A stretch of DNA of 64,000 nt from Eledone cirrhosa (Eukaryota): contig OZ024743.1 of the NCBI GenBank assembly GCA_964016885.1, forward strand, positions 241,986,001-242,050,000. Reading direction: 5' to 3'. Position 1 is the stretch's first letter. Each line of letters starts with the position of its first letter. The translations under genes were made by a program, and so were the position numbers. The notes under the pieces are model-generated. The model did not search any database and was not told the DNA's origin. It saw nothing but the letters and a program-made list of their open reading frames with translations. Shown here piece by piece: positions 40,936-57,010 of this stretch.

Positions 40936-41403
40936 CGACAGCAACAGCAACAGAAGCAGCAAGGGTCTTTACCATATATAACTGTCTAAATATATGTAAG
41001 ACTGTTAGATAAAAACAACAACAACAACAACAACAACAACAGCAGCAATGGTCTTTACTATATATTCCTATCTAAATATATGTAAGACTTAGACAACAAC
41101 AACAACAACAACAAGAACAACAACAACAACAACAATGGTCATTACTATATATAAATGTCTAAATATATGTAAGACTTTAGATAACAAAAACAACAACAAC
41201 GACAGCAATGGTCTTTACTATATATAACTGTATAATTATATGTAAGACTGTTAGATAACAACAACAACAACAACACCAGCAATGGTCTTTACTATATATA
41301 ACTGTCTAAATATATGTAAGACTTTAGATAACAACAACAACAACAACGACAGCAATGGTCTTTACTATATATAACTGTATAATTATATGTAAGACTGTTA
41401 GAT

Positions 41404-41434
<31 letters not shown>

Positions 41435-42552
41435 GCAGCAATGGTCTTTACTATATATAACTGTCTAAATATATGTAAGACTTTAGATAACAACAACAAC
41501 AACAACGACAGCAATGGTCTTTACTATATATAACTGTCTAAATATATGTAAGACTGTTAGATAACAACAAGAACAACAACAGCAGCAATCGTCTTTATTA
41601 TGTATAACTGTCTAAATATCTGTAAGACTGTTAGATAACAACAACAACAACAACAGCTGCAGCAGCAATGGTCTTTACCAGATATAACTCTCTAAATATA
41701 TGTAAGACTGTTAGATATAACAACAACAAAAACAACGGCAATGGTTTTTACTATATATAACTGTCTAAATATATGTAGAACTGTCAGATAACAACACCAA
41801 CAACAACAACAGCAACAGCAATGGTCTTTACTATATATAACTGTCTATATATATGTAAGACTGTTAGATAACAACAACAACAACAACAGCAGCAATCGTC
41901 TTTATTATATATAACTGTCTAAATATCTGTAAGACTGTTAGATAACAACAACAACAACAACAGCTGAAGCAGCAATGGTCTTTACCAGATATAACTCTCT
42001 AAATATATGTAAGACTGTTAGATATAACAACAACAAAAACAACGGCAATGGTTTTTACTATATATAACTGTCTAAATATATGTAGAACTGTCAGATAACA
42101 ACACCAACAACAACAACAGCAACAGCAATGGTCTTTACTATATATAACTGTCTATATATATGTAAGACTGTTAGATAACAACAACAACAACAACAGCAGC
42201 AATCGTCTTTATTATATATAACTGTCTAAATATCTGTAAGACTGTTAGATAACAACAACAACAACAACAGCTGCAGCAGCAATGGTCTTTACCCGATATA
42301 ACTCTCTAAATATATGTAAGACTGTTAGATATAACAACAACAAAAACAACGGCAATGGTTTTTACTATATATAACTGTCTATATATATGTAAGACTGTTA
42401 GATAACAACAACAACAACAACAGCAGCGATGGTCTTTACTATATATAACTGTCTAAATATATATAAGACTGTTAGCTAATAACAACAACAACAAAAACAG
42501 CATCAATGGTCTTTACTATATATAACTGTCTAAATATATGTAAGACTGTTAG

Positions 42553-42639
<87 letters not shown>

Positions 42640-45387
42640 GTCTTTATTATATATAACTGTCTAAATATATGTAAGATTGTTAAATAACACCAACAACAAC
42701 AACAACAACAACAACAGAAGCATTGTTCTTTACCAGATATAACTGTCTAAATATATGTAAGACTGTTATATAACAACAACAACAACAGCAGCATTCGTCT
42801 TTACTATATATAACTGTCTAAATATATGTAAGACTGTTACATAAAAACAACAACAACAGCAGCAACAACAACAACACAAACAATGGTCGTTACTGTATAT
42901 AACTGTCTAAATATTTATAAGACTGTTAGATAACAACAACAACAACAACAACAACGACAGCAGCAATGGTCTTTACTATATATTCCGATATAAATATATG
43001 TAAGACTGTTAGATAACAACAACAACAACAACAACAGCAATGGTCCTTACTATATATAACTGTCTAAATGTCTGTAAGACTGTTAAATAACAACAGCAAC
43101 AACAACAACAGCAATGGTCTTTACTATATATAACTGTCTAAATATATGTAGGACTCTCAGATAACAACAACAACAACAACAACAACAGCAATGGTCTTTA
43201 CTATATATAACTGTCTAAATGTCTGTAAGACTGTTAAATAACAACAGCAACAACAACAACAGCAATGGTCTTTACTATATATAACTGTCTAAATATATGT
43301 AGGACTCTCAGATAACAACAACAACAACAACAACAACAACAGCAATGGTCTTTACTATATATAACTGTCTATATATATGTAAGACTGTTATGTAAAAACA
43401 ACAACGACACCAGCAGCAATGGTCTTTACTCTATATAACTGTTTAAATATATGTAAGACTGTTAGATAACAAGAACAACAACAACAGCAGCAATCGTCTT
43501 TATTATATATAACTGTCTAAATATCTGTAAGATTGTTAGATAACAACAACAACAACAGCTAAGCAGCAGCAATGGTCTTTACCAGATATAACTCTCTAAA
43601 TATATGTAAGAATGTTAGATATAACAACAACAAAAACAACAGCAATGGTTTTTACTATATATAATTGTCTAAATATATGTAAGACTGTTAGATAACAATA
43701 ACAACAACAACACCAGCAATGGTCTTTACTATATATAACTAACTAAATGTATGTAAGACTGTTAGATAACAACAACAACAACAACAGCACCAGCAGTGGT
43801 CTTTACCATATATAACAGTCTAAATATATCTAAGACTGTTAGATAACAACAACAACAACAGCAGCGATGGTCTTTACTATATATAACTGTCTAAATATAT
43901 ATAAGACTGTTAGCTAATAACAACAACAACAAAAACAGCATCAATGGTCTTTACTATATATAACTGTCTAAATATATGTAAGACTGTTAGATAACAACAC
44001 AACAACAACAACAACAACAACAACATCAATGATCTTTACAATATATGACTCTCTAAATAAATGTAAGACTATTAGATAAGAACAACAACAACAAAAGCAG
44101 CAATGGCATTTAGTATATATAACTGTCTAAATATATGTAAAACTGTTAGATAACAACAACAACAACAACAACAACAGCAATGGTCTTTACTATATATAAC
44201 TGTCTAAATATATGTAAGATTGTTAGATAACATCAACAACAACAACAACAACACCAGCAATGGTCTTTACTATATATAACTGTCTAAATAAATGTAAGAC
44301 TGTTAGATAACAACAACAACAACAACAACACCAGCAATAGTCTTTAGTATATATAACTGTCTAAATACATGTAAGACTGTTAGATAACAACAACAGCAGC
44401 TATGGTCTTTACTAAATATAACTGTCTAAATATATGTAAGACTGTTAGATAACAACAAAAATACAGCAGCAACAATTGTCTTTACTATATATAACTGTCT
44501 AAATATGTGTACGACTGTTAGATAACAACAACAACAACAACAACAACAACAGCAATGGTCTTTACCATATATAACTATCTAAATATATGTAAGACTGTTA
44601 GATAATAACAAAAACAACAACAACAACAAAAACAACACCAGCAGCAATGGTATTTACTATATATAACTGTCTAAATATATGTAAGATTGTTAGATAACAA
44701 CAACACAACAACATAAACAACACCAGCAGCAATTGTCTTTACTATATATAATGGTATAAATGTATATAGGACTGTTAGATAACAACAACAGCAACAACAC
44801 CACCAATGGGCATTACTATATATAACTGTCTAAATATGTGTAAGACTGTTAGATAACAACAACAAAAATAACAGTAGCAATGTTCTTTACTATATATAAC
44901 TGTATAATTATATGTAAGAGTGTTAGATAACAACAACAGCAGCAAAGGTCTTTACTATATATAACTGTCTAAATATCTGTAGGACTGTTAGATAACAACA
45001 ACAACAAGAACACCACCAGCAATTGTCATTACTATATATAACTGTCTAAATATATGTAAGATTGTTGGATAACAACAACAAAACCAACAACAACAACAAG
45101 AGCCGCAATGGTCTTTACCATATATAACTGTCTAAATATATGTTAGACTATTAGATAACAACAAGAACACCAACAACAACAGCAACAATGGTCTTTAGTA
45201 TATATAACTGTCTAAATATGTGTAAGACTGTTAGATAACAACAACAACAACAACCAGAACAGCAACGGTGTTTACTATATATAACTGTCTAAATATATGT
45301 AAGACTGTTTGATAACAACAGCAACAACAACAACATCAATGGTCTTTACTATATATAACTGTCTAAATATATGTAGGACAGTTAGAT

Positions 45388-45418
<31 letters not shown>

Positions 45419-46078
45419 GCAATGGTATTTACTATATATAACTCTATAAATATATGTAAGACTGTTAGATACCAACATCAACAACAACAAAAGCAGCAGC
45501 AATTGTCTTTACTATATATAACTGTCTATATATATGTAAGACTGTTAGATAACAACAACAACAACAGCAGCAATGGTCTTTACCATATATAACTGTGTAA
45601 ATATCTGTAAGACTTTAGATAACAACAACAACAACAACAGCAGCAATGGTCTTTACTATATATAACTGTCTAAATATATGTAAGACTTTAGATAACAACA
45701 ACAACAACAACAGCAGCAATGGTCTTTACTATATATAACTGTCTAAATATATGTAAGTCTGTTAGATAACAACAACAACAACAACAACAACAGCAATGAT
45801 CTTTACTATATATAACTGTCTAAATACATGTAAGACTGTTAGATAACAACAACAACAACAACAACAACACCAGCAATGGTCTTTACTATATATAACTGTC
45901 TAAATGTATGTAAGACTGTTAGATAACAACAACAACAACAACAGCAGCAATGGTCTTTACTATATATAACTGTCTAAATATATGTAAGACTGTTAGATAA
46001 CAACAACAACAACAACAACAACAGCAGCAATGGTCTTTACTATATATAAATGTCTAAATATATGTAAGACTGTTAGAT

Positions 46079-46112
<34 letters not shown>

Positions 46113-46345
46113 GCAGCAATGGTCTTTACTATATATAACTGTCTAAATACATGTAAGACTGTTAGATAACAACAACAACAACAACAACAACAACAGCAGC
46201 AATGGTCTTTACTATATATAACTGTCTAAATACATGTAAGACTGTTAGATAACAACAACAACAACAACACCAGCAATGGTCTTTACTATATATAACTGTC
46301 TATATATATGTAAGACTGTTAGATAACAACAACAACAATAACAAC
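40670..46345 (-). repeat. Satellite array B: ~50-bp constant core + variable (AAC)n(AGC)n, inverted relative to A and C; about 70-80 copies by length
   Basis: Plus-strand core CAATGGTCTTTACTATATATAACTGTCTAAATATATGTAAGACTGTTAGATA. Confidence 0.96.
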
Positions 46346-48495
46346 TTAGTAGCTTAAGATATATTTAGACAGTTATATATGATAAACTGACCCTTGTTGG
46401 TGTTGTTCTCCTTCTTATCTAGTAGCTTAAGATATATTTAGACAGTTATATATGATAAACTGACCCTTGTTGGTGTTGTTCTCCTTCTTATCTAGTAGTT
46501 TAAGATATATTTAGACAGTTATATATGATAAACTGACCCTTGTTGGTGTTGTTCTTCCTCTTATCCAGTAGTTTAAGATATATTTAGACAGTTATATATG
46601 ATAAACTGACCCTTGTTGGTGTTGTTCTCCTTCTTATCTAGTAGTTTAAGATATATTTAGACAGTTATATATGATAAACTGAGCCTTGTTGGTGTTGTTC
46701 TCCTTCTTATCTAGTAGCTTAAGATATATTTAGACAGTTATATATGATAAACTGACCCTTGTTGGTGTTGTTCTCCTTCTTATCTAGTAGTTTAAGATAT
46801 ATTTAGACAGTTATATATGATAAACTGACCCTTGTTGGTGTTGTTCTCCTTCTTATCTAGTAGCTTAAGATATTTTTAGACAGTTATATATGATAAACTG
46901 ACCCTTGTTGGTGTTGTTCTCCTTCTTATCTAGTAGTTTAAGATATATTTAGACAGTTATATATGATAAACTGACCCTTGTTGGTGTTGTTCTCCTTCTT
47001 ATCTAGTACTTTAAGATATATTTAGACAGTTATATATGATAAACTGACCCTTGTTGGTGTTGTTCTCCTTCTTATCTAGTAGTTTAAGATATATTTAGAC
47101 AGTTATATATGATAAACTGACCCTTGTTGGTGTTGTTCTTCTTCTTATCTAGTAGTTTAAGATATATTTAGACAGTTATATATGATAAACTGACCCTTGT
47201 TGGTGTTGTTCTCCTTCTTATCTAGTAGTTTAAGATATATTTAGACAGTTATATATGATAAACTGACCCTTGTTGGTGTTGTTCTTCCTCTTATCCAGTA
47301 GTTTAAGATATATTTAGACAGTTATATATGATAAACTGACCGTTGTTGGTGTTGTTCTTCTTCTTATCTAGTAGTTTAAGATATATTTAGACAGTTATAT
47401 ATGATAAACTGACCATTGTTGGTGTTGTTCTTCCTCTTATCTAGTAGCTTAAGATATATTTAGACAGTTATATATGATAAACTGACCCTTGTTGGTGTTG
47501 TTCTTCTTCTTATCTAGTAGCTTAAGATATATTTAGACAGTTATATATGATAAACCGACCCTTGTTGGTGTTGTTCTCCTTCTTATCTAGTAGTTTAAGA
47601 TATATTTAGACAGTTATATATGATAAACTGACCCTTGTTGGTGTTGTTCTTCCTCTTATCTAGTAGTTTAAGATATATTTAGACAGTTATATATGATAAA
47701 CTGACCCTTGTTGGTGTTGTTCTCCTTCTTATCTAGTAGTTTAAGATATATTTAGACAGTTATATATGATAAACTGACCCTTGTTGGTGTTGTTCTCCTT
47801 CTTATCTAGTAGTTGAAGATATATTTAGACAGTTATATATGATAAACTGACCCTTGTTGGTGTTGTTCTCCTTCTTATCTAGTAGTTTAAGATATATTTA
47901 GACAGTTATATATGATAAACTGACCCTTGTTGGTGTTGTTCTCCTTCTTATCTAGTAGTTTAAGATATATTTAGACAGTTATATATGATAAACTGACCCT
48001 TGTTGGTGTTGTTCTCCTTCTTATCTAGTAGTTTAAGATATATTTAGACAGTTATATATGATAAACTGACCCTTGTTGGTGTTGTTCTCCTTCTTATCTA
48101 GTAGTTTAAGATATATTTAGACAGTTATATATGATAAACTGACCCTTGTTGGTGTTGTTCTTCCTCTTATCTAGTAGTTTAAGATATATTTAGACAGTTA
48201 TATATGATAAACTGACCCTTGTTGGTGTTGTTCTTCCTCTTATCTAGTAGTTTAAGATATATTTAGACAGTTATATATGATAAACTGACCCTTGTTGTTC
48301 TTCTTCTTATCTAGTAGTTTAAGATATATTTAGACAGTTATATATGATAAACTGACCCTTGTTGGTGTTGTTCTTCCTCTTATCTAGTAGTTTAAGATAT
48401 ATTTAGACAGTTATATATGATAAACTGACCCTTGTTGGTGTTGTTATCCTTCTTATCTAGTAGTTTATGATATATTTAGACAGTTATATATGATA
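46346..48495 (+). repeat. Satellite array C, 73-bp unit, ~29 copies
   Basis: AGTAGTTTAAGATATATTTAGACAGTTATATATGATAAACTGACCCTTGTTGGTGTTGTTCTCCTTCTTATCT. Confidence 0.96.
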
Positions 48496-48732
48496 GGTTC
48501 ATAGATCATTGCTATTCATGTCATTCTTTTCCTTGTTTTTGCTTCCTTTTACGTTTAACTTTTTGTTTCAATTAAACACCTTCGCTGTATTCTGGTTAAT
48601 ATTGAAACAGGGCTAAATCAAGACGTGGAAAAACAAAGAATAAAAATATCCGAAACGACCTTTGTACGTTTTTCACTCTCTCCCTCTGTCCCTTCCACTT
48701 TCTCTCTCTCGCTGTCTGTCTCTCTCACTCTC

Positions 48733-48787
<55 letters not shown>

Positions 48788-48810
48788 CTCTCTGTCTCTC
48801 TTTCTATCCC

Positions 48811-48853
<43 letters not shown>

Positions 48854-49228
48854 CTATATCTCTCACCCTCCCCCTCTCTCTCTCTCACTCTCACGATCTC
48901 AATCTCGAGCTATCTATCTCTCTGTCTATCTCACTCTCCCCCCCCCTCTCTCTCTCTCGCACTCGATCTATCTATACCACTTCCTTAGGATTTTTGATAC
49001 GGTGTGGTTCATGTTGTTATTAGTCTTTATATCTCCCTTTCATTTCTCTCTCTCTATCACTCTTCCCTTCTCTCTCTTTCTTTCTCTCTCTCGCTTTACT
49101 AGAAAGCCTGATCTAAGTAAGTTGGGTAAACGACATTACAACAAGTTTCTGTCAATGTTCTTTGGCTAAGGAACGAGAACAGAGCAAACATAGGACACAT
49201 CTGCTATTGGGTGTTCCCAATATAACAT

Positions 49229-49308
<80 letters not shown>

Positions 49309-49312
49309 GTGT

Positions 49313-49412
<100 letters not shown>

Positions 49413-49555
49413 ATGTATGTATGTATTTATATGTGTATATATATATATATGTATATATATATGTATATATATATATATATATATAATATATATATATGCT
49501 TATATGTATATATATATAATATATATGTGTGCGTGTGTGTGTATGTGAGTGTAAT

Positions 49556-49586
<31 letters not shown>

Positions 49587-49650
49587 AGAGAGAGAGAGGG
49601 GGGGAGATAGATAGATGGATAGATAGATAGAAAGATAGATAGATAGATAT

Positions 49651-49712
<62 letters not shown>

Positions 49713-50152
49713 GGGTGGATAAACTATGACTATTTGTATATTTATCATGTAGAGTGGACTGGGTACCTATGGGAGAAAAAATTAGATACGCATTCAGACA
49801 TACATTCATATACACATATAATCAAACATACATGCATATATACATACATACATACATACATACATGCATACATACATACATACATTCTTAGCGCATCACA
49901 TGATCATGTTTGTTGGATAAAAAATATATATAACATACTGTCCTCGTTATATAACAGCAATATATATATATACACACGTGAGTACGTGTGTATAGGTATA
50001 AAGGTGCGTGTGTATTTGTAAATGTATGTGTATGAGCATTTATTTGTCTTCGTGTATATATTTCAGTATGATTGGGCAAATACCTCGGCCAACGTGTGCG
50101 CTTGCATAGAAACAGTGAAGCATATAATTATAATGATATATATGTATGTATA

Positions 50153-50238
<86 letters not shown>

Positions 50239-50330
50239 TATTGAAATATATGTACATGTATATATATATATATGTATGTGTGCGTGTGTGTGTGTATGTG
50301 TGCGCGTGTATGTGTGTGTGAGTGTGTGTG

Positions 50331-50380
<50 letters not shown>

Positions 50381-50465
50381 TATTGAAATATATGTACATG
50401 TATATATATATGTGTGTGTGTGCGTGTGTGTGTGTATGTGTGCGCGCGTATGTGTGTGTGTGTGA

Positions 50466-50515
<50 letters not shown>

Positions 50516-50857
50516 GTGTGTGTGTGTCTGTGTGTGGATGGATGGATGGGTGTGTGTGCATATGACCAGAGTATTGTAAGTGGAATATATAAAGCTAGCG
50601 GGGAAAAGTCAGCTGTCATTGGTCAAATAAATGTATCGATGAAATAAGTTTAATTACCAAGTGTCCTGTACATACTTGTCTTCGATATATTTGCCGTGTC
50701 TGGATACACTCAGACTTACACACACATTAACACATACACACTCATACATATACACACATTAATACCTACACATTCACGCATTCTCACACACATTAATACA
50801 TACACGCTTACACATACATCTACACATAAACACGTATACACGCACACCCATGTATGT

Positions 50858-50944
<87 letters not shown>

Positions 50945-50975
50945 TGTATGTATGTATCTAAATATATATATATGT

Positions 50976-51018
<43 letters not shown>

Positions 51019-51117
51019 TATCTATATATATTTAATTGTACATACAGGCATACATACATGGATACATACATACATACATACATACATATACACATACATA
51101 CGTACATACATACATAC

Positions 51118-51835
51118 CTGATGGCTGCCCCCTCGTTATTGAGTATGGCCATTGCACGATGTAATATTATTAATAATTATTAATTAATTCTATCGTGCAA
51201 TGCCTGTGCGCGAAGATTTTCTTTAAAGTAAGGAAAGACTGTGCACTGAGCCAATCCCACTCTCTGAACGACATTAGCTATAACCCGAGCCACAGGTTTT
51301 ATGTCGGAGTTATCCCAGGTTCCTGAGTTGCCTTCTAGAAGAATGCCCTGACAAAGGCTAGGGGTCCTCCACTCCCAGTGGTTTAAGAGCGGGATCGGGT
51401 ATCCAGCCCGACTATTTCTATGTCCCCGCGATTATACATACACATACACACATGTATATACATATATATATATATACATACATATGTACATATGTATATA
51501 CATACATATATACATAGATACATGATGGCTGCCCCTTTATTATCGAATATGGCCATTACATGATATACCATTATTAATAACTATCAATTAATGCTATCGT
51601 GCAATGCCGGTGTGTGAAGATTATTTTTAAGTGAGGAAAGCCAATCTAACTCTCTGAGCGACAGTAGTTATAACCCGAAAAGAAGAAAAGATCCTCGGTA
51701 ACTACCGAGCCGCAGGATTTATGTCGGAGTTGTCCCAGTTTCCTGAGTTGCCGTCTCCTACAAGAATGCTCTGAAAAAGCCTAGGGTCCTTCACTCCCAG
51801 TGGTTTAACCGCGCGATCGAGTATCCAGCCCGATT
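51118..51835 (-). mobile_element. Two tandem diverged bipartite RTE-like non-autonomous elements (51118-51412, 51522-51835)
   Basis: Minus-strand 3' end ...GGCCAT(A)CTCAATAACGAGGGGGCAGCCATCA followed by (TATG)n-like tract, plus an RTE 5'UTR-like AGAAGGCAACTC motif; a further 3' tip at 55898-55940. Confidence 0.6.
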
Positions 51836-51881
51836 GTCTTCACGCATATACATACATCTGCATACATGTATATATATATTT

Positions 51882-51954
<73 letters not shown>

Positions 51955-51956
51955 TG

Positions 51957-52139
<183 letters not shown>

Positions 52140-52199
52140 ATATAGATATATAGATATATAAGCATACACACACACACATCTATATATATATATTTTTTT

Positions 52200-52592
<393 letters not shown>

Positions 52593-52862
52593 TATATATT
52601 TATTTGGTTCCTTTACCGGTTTCGCACTTCTTCTGCTTTTCAAAAGTAGAGTTGGGATGGAGGATCTGTGGTTTTTCTCACATCTGGTTGGTCTTTGAAT
52701 GTTACTTGTTTTATATGGAATAAAGTGGCTCGAAACGCCAGGTTTTTAGAGAAGTAATTTGATTGGTTGGTCAATAAGTATAATAAATTTCGCGCCAGTT
52801 CGCGTTACAAAGTTCTTCAAACGGGGGGGGGGGGGGGCTCAGGTTGTTTTTCATATATGAGT

Positions 52863-53397
52863 GTTTGAATTTCTTTTTACTTAAAAAAGGGGGCTCACGA
52901 AGGCTTTTTTTAAAATGTAGTTTGATTGGTTATAAATGAAATTATAACGGTCACGTGAACAATTTCATTAAATTTCGCGCCCGTATTTGGGAATTTATTT
53001 TGTAGCCTTTTAGAGAATTTTATGACAAACAAAAGATAATGGTCAAGAGAAATGGGATGGGAAAATTGTTCTCTTTCAGTGAATATAGGAGGTTGTTTTT
53101 TCATATATGAGTGAAGTTTGGTTCGTTGATGTAGTCACGTGAATAAGTATATCAACTTTCGCGTAAGTTTGTTTGAATTTCTTTTTACTTTAAAAAAAGT
53201 GGCTTACGAAGGCTTTTTTTAATAAATATAATTTGATTCGTTATAAATGAAATTATGACTGTCACGTGAACCAATTCATTAAATTTCGCGCCCGTATTTT
53301 GGAATTTATTTTGTAGCCTTTTAGAGAATTTTATGACAAGCAAAAGATAATGGTCAAGAGAAATGGGGTGGGAGAATTGTTCTGTTTCAGTGAATAT
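52863..53397. repeat. Direct duplication (~309-bp period) downstream of the Penelope-like ORF
   Basis: GTTTGAATTTCTTTTTACTT...GATAATGGTCAAGAGAAATGGG...TTCAGTGAATAT occurs twice. Confidence 0.85.
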
Positions 53398-53731
53398 TGT
53401 TGGTTCGCTAGGTTGTCAGAATTCAGATTTTTATTGAAATAAAGAAAGTAAAGATATGTATGTTTATTTGTGTGCTTGTGTGTGTGTGTGTGTGTGTATA
53501 GGAAGATGATTCTATTAGTAGAAATGGGCGAGGGAGTTGTGTGTGTATATGGGTGCTATGTGTTTATGTGTGTGTGGGGGGGGGTAGTATGTTAAGATGG
53601 AGAGAATATATATTTTGTGTGTGTGTATATGTGTGTAGGAAAGTGATTCTATTAGTAGAAATGGGGGAGGAAGTTGTGTGGGGGAGGTGTTATGTGTGTA
53701 TGGGAGTATGGTTAGCATGTTAAGATGAAGA

Positions 53732-53776
<45 letters not shown>

Positions 53777-53996
53777 GTGTGTGTGTGTGTAGGAAAATGA
53801 TTCCGTTAGTAGGAATATTTTTGAATGAACATATTTTCCTTACTTATTAGTATTTGTTCTGTTGTATCGTCAGCGCAAACGTATGTTAAGGTTTATTTAT
53901 TTCGGGTTTTTATTTTCTAAAGTAGAAGGTGTTATGTGTGTGTGTGTATGTGTCTGTTTGGATGGTTAGCATGTTATGGTGTTGACATAATGTATA

Positions 53997-55353
53997 TTAA
54001 ACCATATTTAATGCTGGTCTATATTTTTGAATAAACATATTTTCCTTATTTATTCGTATTTGTTCTGTTGTATTGATAGCGCAAAGGTAAAATGGGAATA
54101 CTTGGAATTTGGGTGTCTTATTACTTGCGCATATGTCTAGATGTGCGCTTAGTGGTATCTGTCTCGTGGTTGGATCTCGTAATTGTTGGCGATGAACTCT
54201 CATTCTGTTTCTGAGTGTGAGTTTAGTTTGTCCTATATAATCTTCATTGCATCCCTTTACATTTAATGGCATAAATTAGATTTTTTGATGAGCAAGTGAA
54301 GTGATTTTTTTACAGCAAAATTTTGTCCTGATTTAAATGTATACGTGTTGCTTTCAATGAGGTGAGTGCAGGTTCCACAATTAGAGCGCATTTTTTTGAC
54401 AGTTGGTTGTGGGTTTGTGGTAGGTAATTTGGCATTGGTGAGTAATGTTTTCAGTGATTTCGGTTGTCTTTTGCTTTTGATTATTTTGTGTGTTTCAAGG
54501 GCTTTTTTCATTTTTGGGTCTTGTTTCAATAGTGGGATGTTCTTGTGAATAGTGTTGTAAGCTTCCGCATTTCTTGGGTGTGTGTTGAGATATATGATAG
54601 AATATTGGACGTACCTTGAATTTGTTTCTGTTTTCGTAATTCATCAATGCCTATTGCTTTAGCCCTTTCTATTCTATTATTTATTAGTAATGGTGAGTAC
54701 TGTCTTTCGAGTAGAATTTCCTTTAATTCTTGAAGTCTTTTATTTTGCGTTTCATAATTGGAGACAATTGTGCAAATACTTCTTGGTAGGTTAAAAGGAA
54801 TGTTCGTCTTCGTGTGCTTTGGATGGTTGGAGGTGAATAGCAGGTATTGTTTGGAATCTGTTGGTTTGTAGTGTATGTCAGTTTCAATATTTGTGTCTTT
54901 TTTTAAGATTAAGATGTCCAGAAATGGGTGTTGAGCTTGGCTGTATTCCATTGTGAATTAGATGTGGTTATTGATGCCGTTTATTACATTTTTGAAATCA
55001 TTTAGTTGGTCGAGTGTGTGTGACCAAAGAATGTGACAATCATCCAAGTAGCGTTTCCAATTCTCTGATAAATATTTGTGGAAGTTCAATCCGTATTTTG
55101 ATTTGGTCTGTTCATATATCTGGACTTCTAAGTATGCCATGACTAAGTTGGCATAAGTTGGAGCGGTATTTGCTTGTAAGTACTGCCATCGAAATCAAAA
55201 AAGTTGTTCTGTAAGATACATTTTAATCCCTCGGTGATGAAGCTTTTTTCTATTCTGCCAGGTATCTCATTGGGATATTTCTCTAGCCAGAATCCTATTG
55301 CTTCTAGTCCGTATTGGTGTGGGATCGTTGTGTAGAGATTCAATACATCGAAA
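53997..55353 (-). pseudogene. Penelope-like element: 5'-truncated, frameshifted RT + GIY-YIG endonuclease
   Basis: FDVLNLYTTIP, APTYANLVMAYLE, WKRYLDDC, PFLDILI, YKPTDSKQYL...SNHP, CGTC, CNEDYIGQT...RMRVH...E.MFIQKYRPALN; the G-x-x-MG RT motif is deleted near 55168. Confidence 0.92.
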
Positions 55354-55583
55354 AACACACGCACACACACACATATATATATATATATATAGTTATACTT
55401 GGGGAGGGTCATATTGTTGTAATAATATTGCCAGAAATAATAACAGAACACACTCACTGTTTGGTTGGTGTTCGCCTCTGTATCTTTTATATCTCCATAG
55501 TTAATTTATTTGGCACTCAATGTTTATCATTGATTAACCAACGGTTAAAAATACAGATATAAATATATATATATATATAGTCT

Positions 55584-55627
55584 ATCAAAGTTATTTTGTT
55601 GCACATCTGCAACATCATCAGTGGTAC
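55584..55627 (-). ncRNA. Decayed hammerhead-like motif
   Basis: ACCA-CTGATGA-TGTTGCA GATG TGCAAC-AAAA: perfect stem II but GAAA mutated; sits between (TA)n tracts. Confidence 0.5.
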
Positions 55628-55683
55628 TATTATCATGTTCCCTCCTATTGTATTGTATTTTAATGTTTACGCCATTTTTATTG

Positions 55684-55791
<108 letters not shown>

Positions 55792-56290
55792 TATATACAT
55801 ATATATACATATATATATATATACATATATATACATACATACATACATACATACATACATACATACATACATACATACATACATACATACATACATGATG
55901 ATGATGGCTGCCCCCTCCTTATCGAATATGGCCATTGCAAGAGAGAAAAAAACATAATAATAACAACAATAATAATAATAACAATAATAATAACGACAAC
56001 AACAACAACAATAATAATATACATATATATATACTCACACACACACACACACGCAAACATATAAACATATCTATACACACACGACAGCAACCAACAGCGC
56101 TGCAATCGAATGTGGCCCTCCAGCCCAGCCAATGATCCAAAATGTCCTGCACAGAGTCGGCAACCAAAACACTCACTGGGAATAGCCGGCTGTGGCTGGA
56201 GTTAATGCACCCCTGCATGTCGCTTGAGCCCTCCTGCCGACCCACATTCTCCACCACATGCTCGGCAAGCATACATACATACATACATAC

Positions 56291-56897
56291 ATGGTGGCTG
56301 CCAACTCGTTTTCGAGTACGGCCACTGCTTTATATCCATGTAGGAGAACCCCTACCGATGCGCTGAACGAGTGTGACTTTTTAGTCCAGCCAGCGACTTG
56401 AAAACTCTGGTACAAACACTACACTTGTGACAATTACTGACACATAGTGCTGGACCCATGGTACCATGTGACGACAAGTGCAGAGAGATCTCCAGATATA
56501 AAGCAATGCCTGTGCCGTGAAGCTTTTATAGTGAGCAAAGGCACTGCACAAAGCCAGTCCCACTCTCTTAACCAAGATGATATTTACCAAAAAGAAGAAC
56601 AAGTCAACATCATTGGATACCATCAGGGTTGCAGGTGTTATATCAGAGTTTTCCTTCTCCTAGAATTCTGCCTTGACAAAGGCTAAGGGGTCATCTCTCC
56701 CGGTGATTTTGGATGGCCATTGACTCTTAAGAGCTCCTTTGCCCTTTGACAGGTTTTGTTTTTAGTCCTGCAGGATGTCCAAAGTCACCCTCCTCACCAA
56801 GAAACCTTGGTGGGGTTGCCAGTTTAGTCGCCAACGACCCGACCATGAGACAGGTTGTACTGGGATACATGTTACCAGTAGCACCAACTGGTGACCA
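56291..56897 (-). mobile_element. Bipartite RTE-like non-autonomous element between (CATA)n tracts
   Basis: Minus strand CTAGGAGAAGGAAAACTCTGAT (typical of RTE 5' UTRs) and 3' end GTACTCGAAAACGAGTTGGCAGCCACCAT. Confidence 0.65.
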
Positions 56898-57010
56898 CAC
56901 ATATATACATACATACATACATACATACATACATACATACATACATACATACATACATACATACATACATACACACATACATACATACATACATACATAC
57001 ATACATACAT

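Noticed and set aside
40670-46345. CRISPR-like alternation of constant repeat and variable spacer
   Set aside because: Spacers are only (AAC)n/(AGC)n length variants; no cas genes; eukaryotic context.
53860-53875. CTGACGA on the minus strand near the PLE 3' region
   Set aside because: Lies in a degraded duplicate of GIY-YIG coding sequence; no stems or GAAA.
56640-56897. HDV-like ribozyme in the RTE-like 5' region
   Set aside because: Plausible from family knowledge, but I could not assemble a full nested double pseudoknot by eye.
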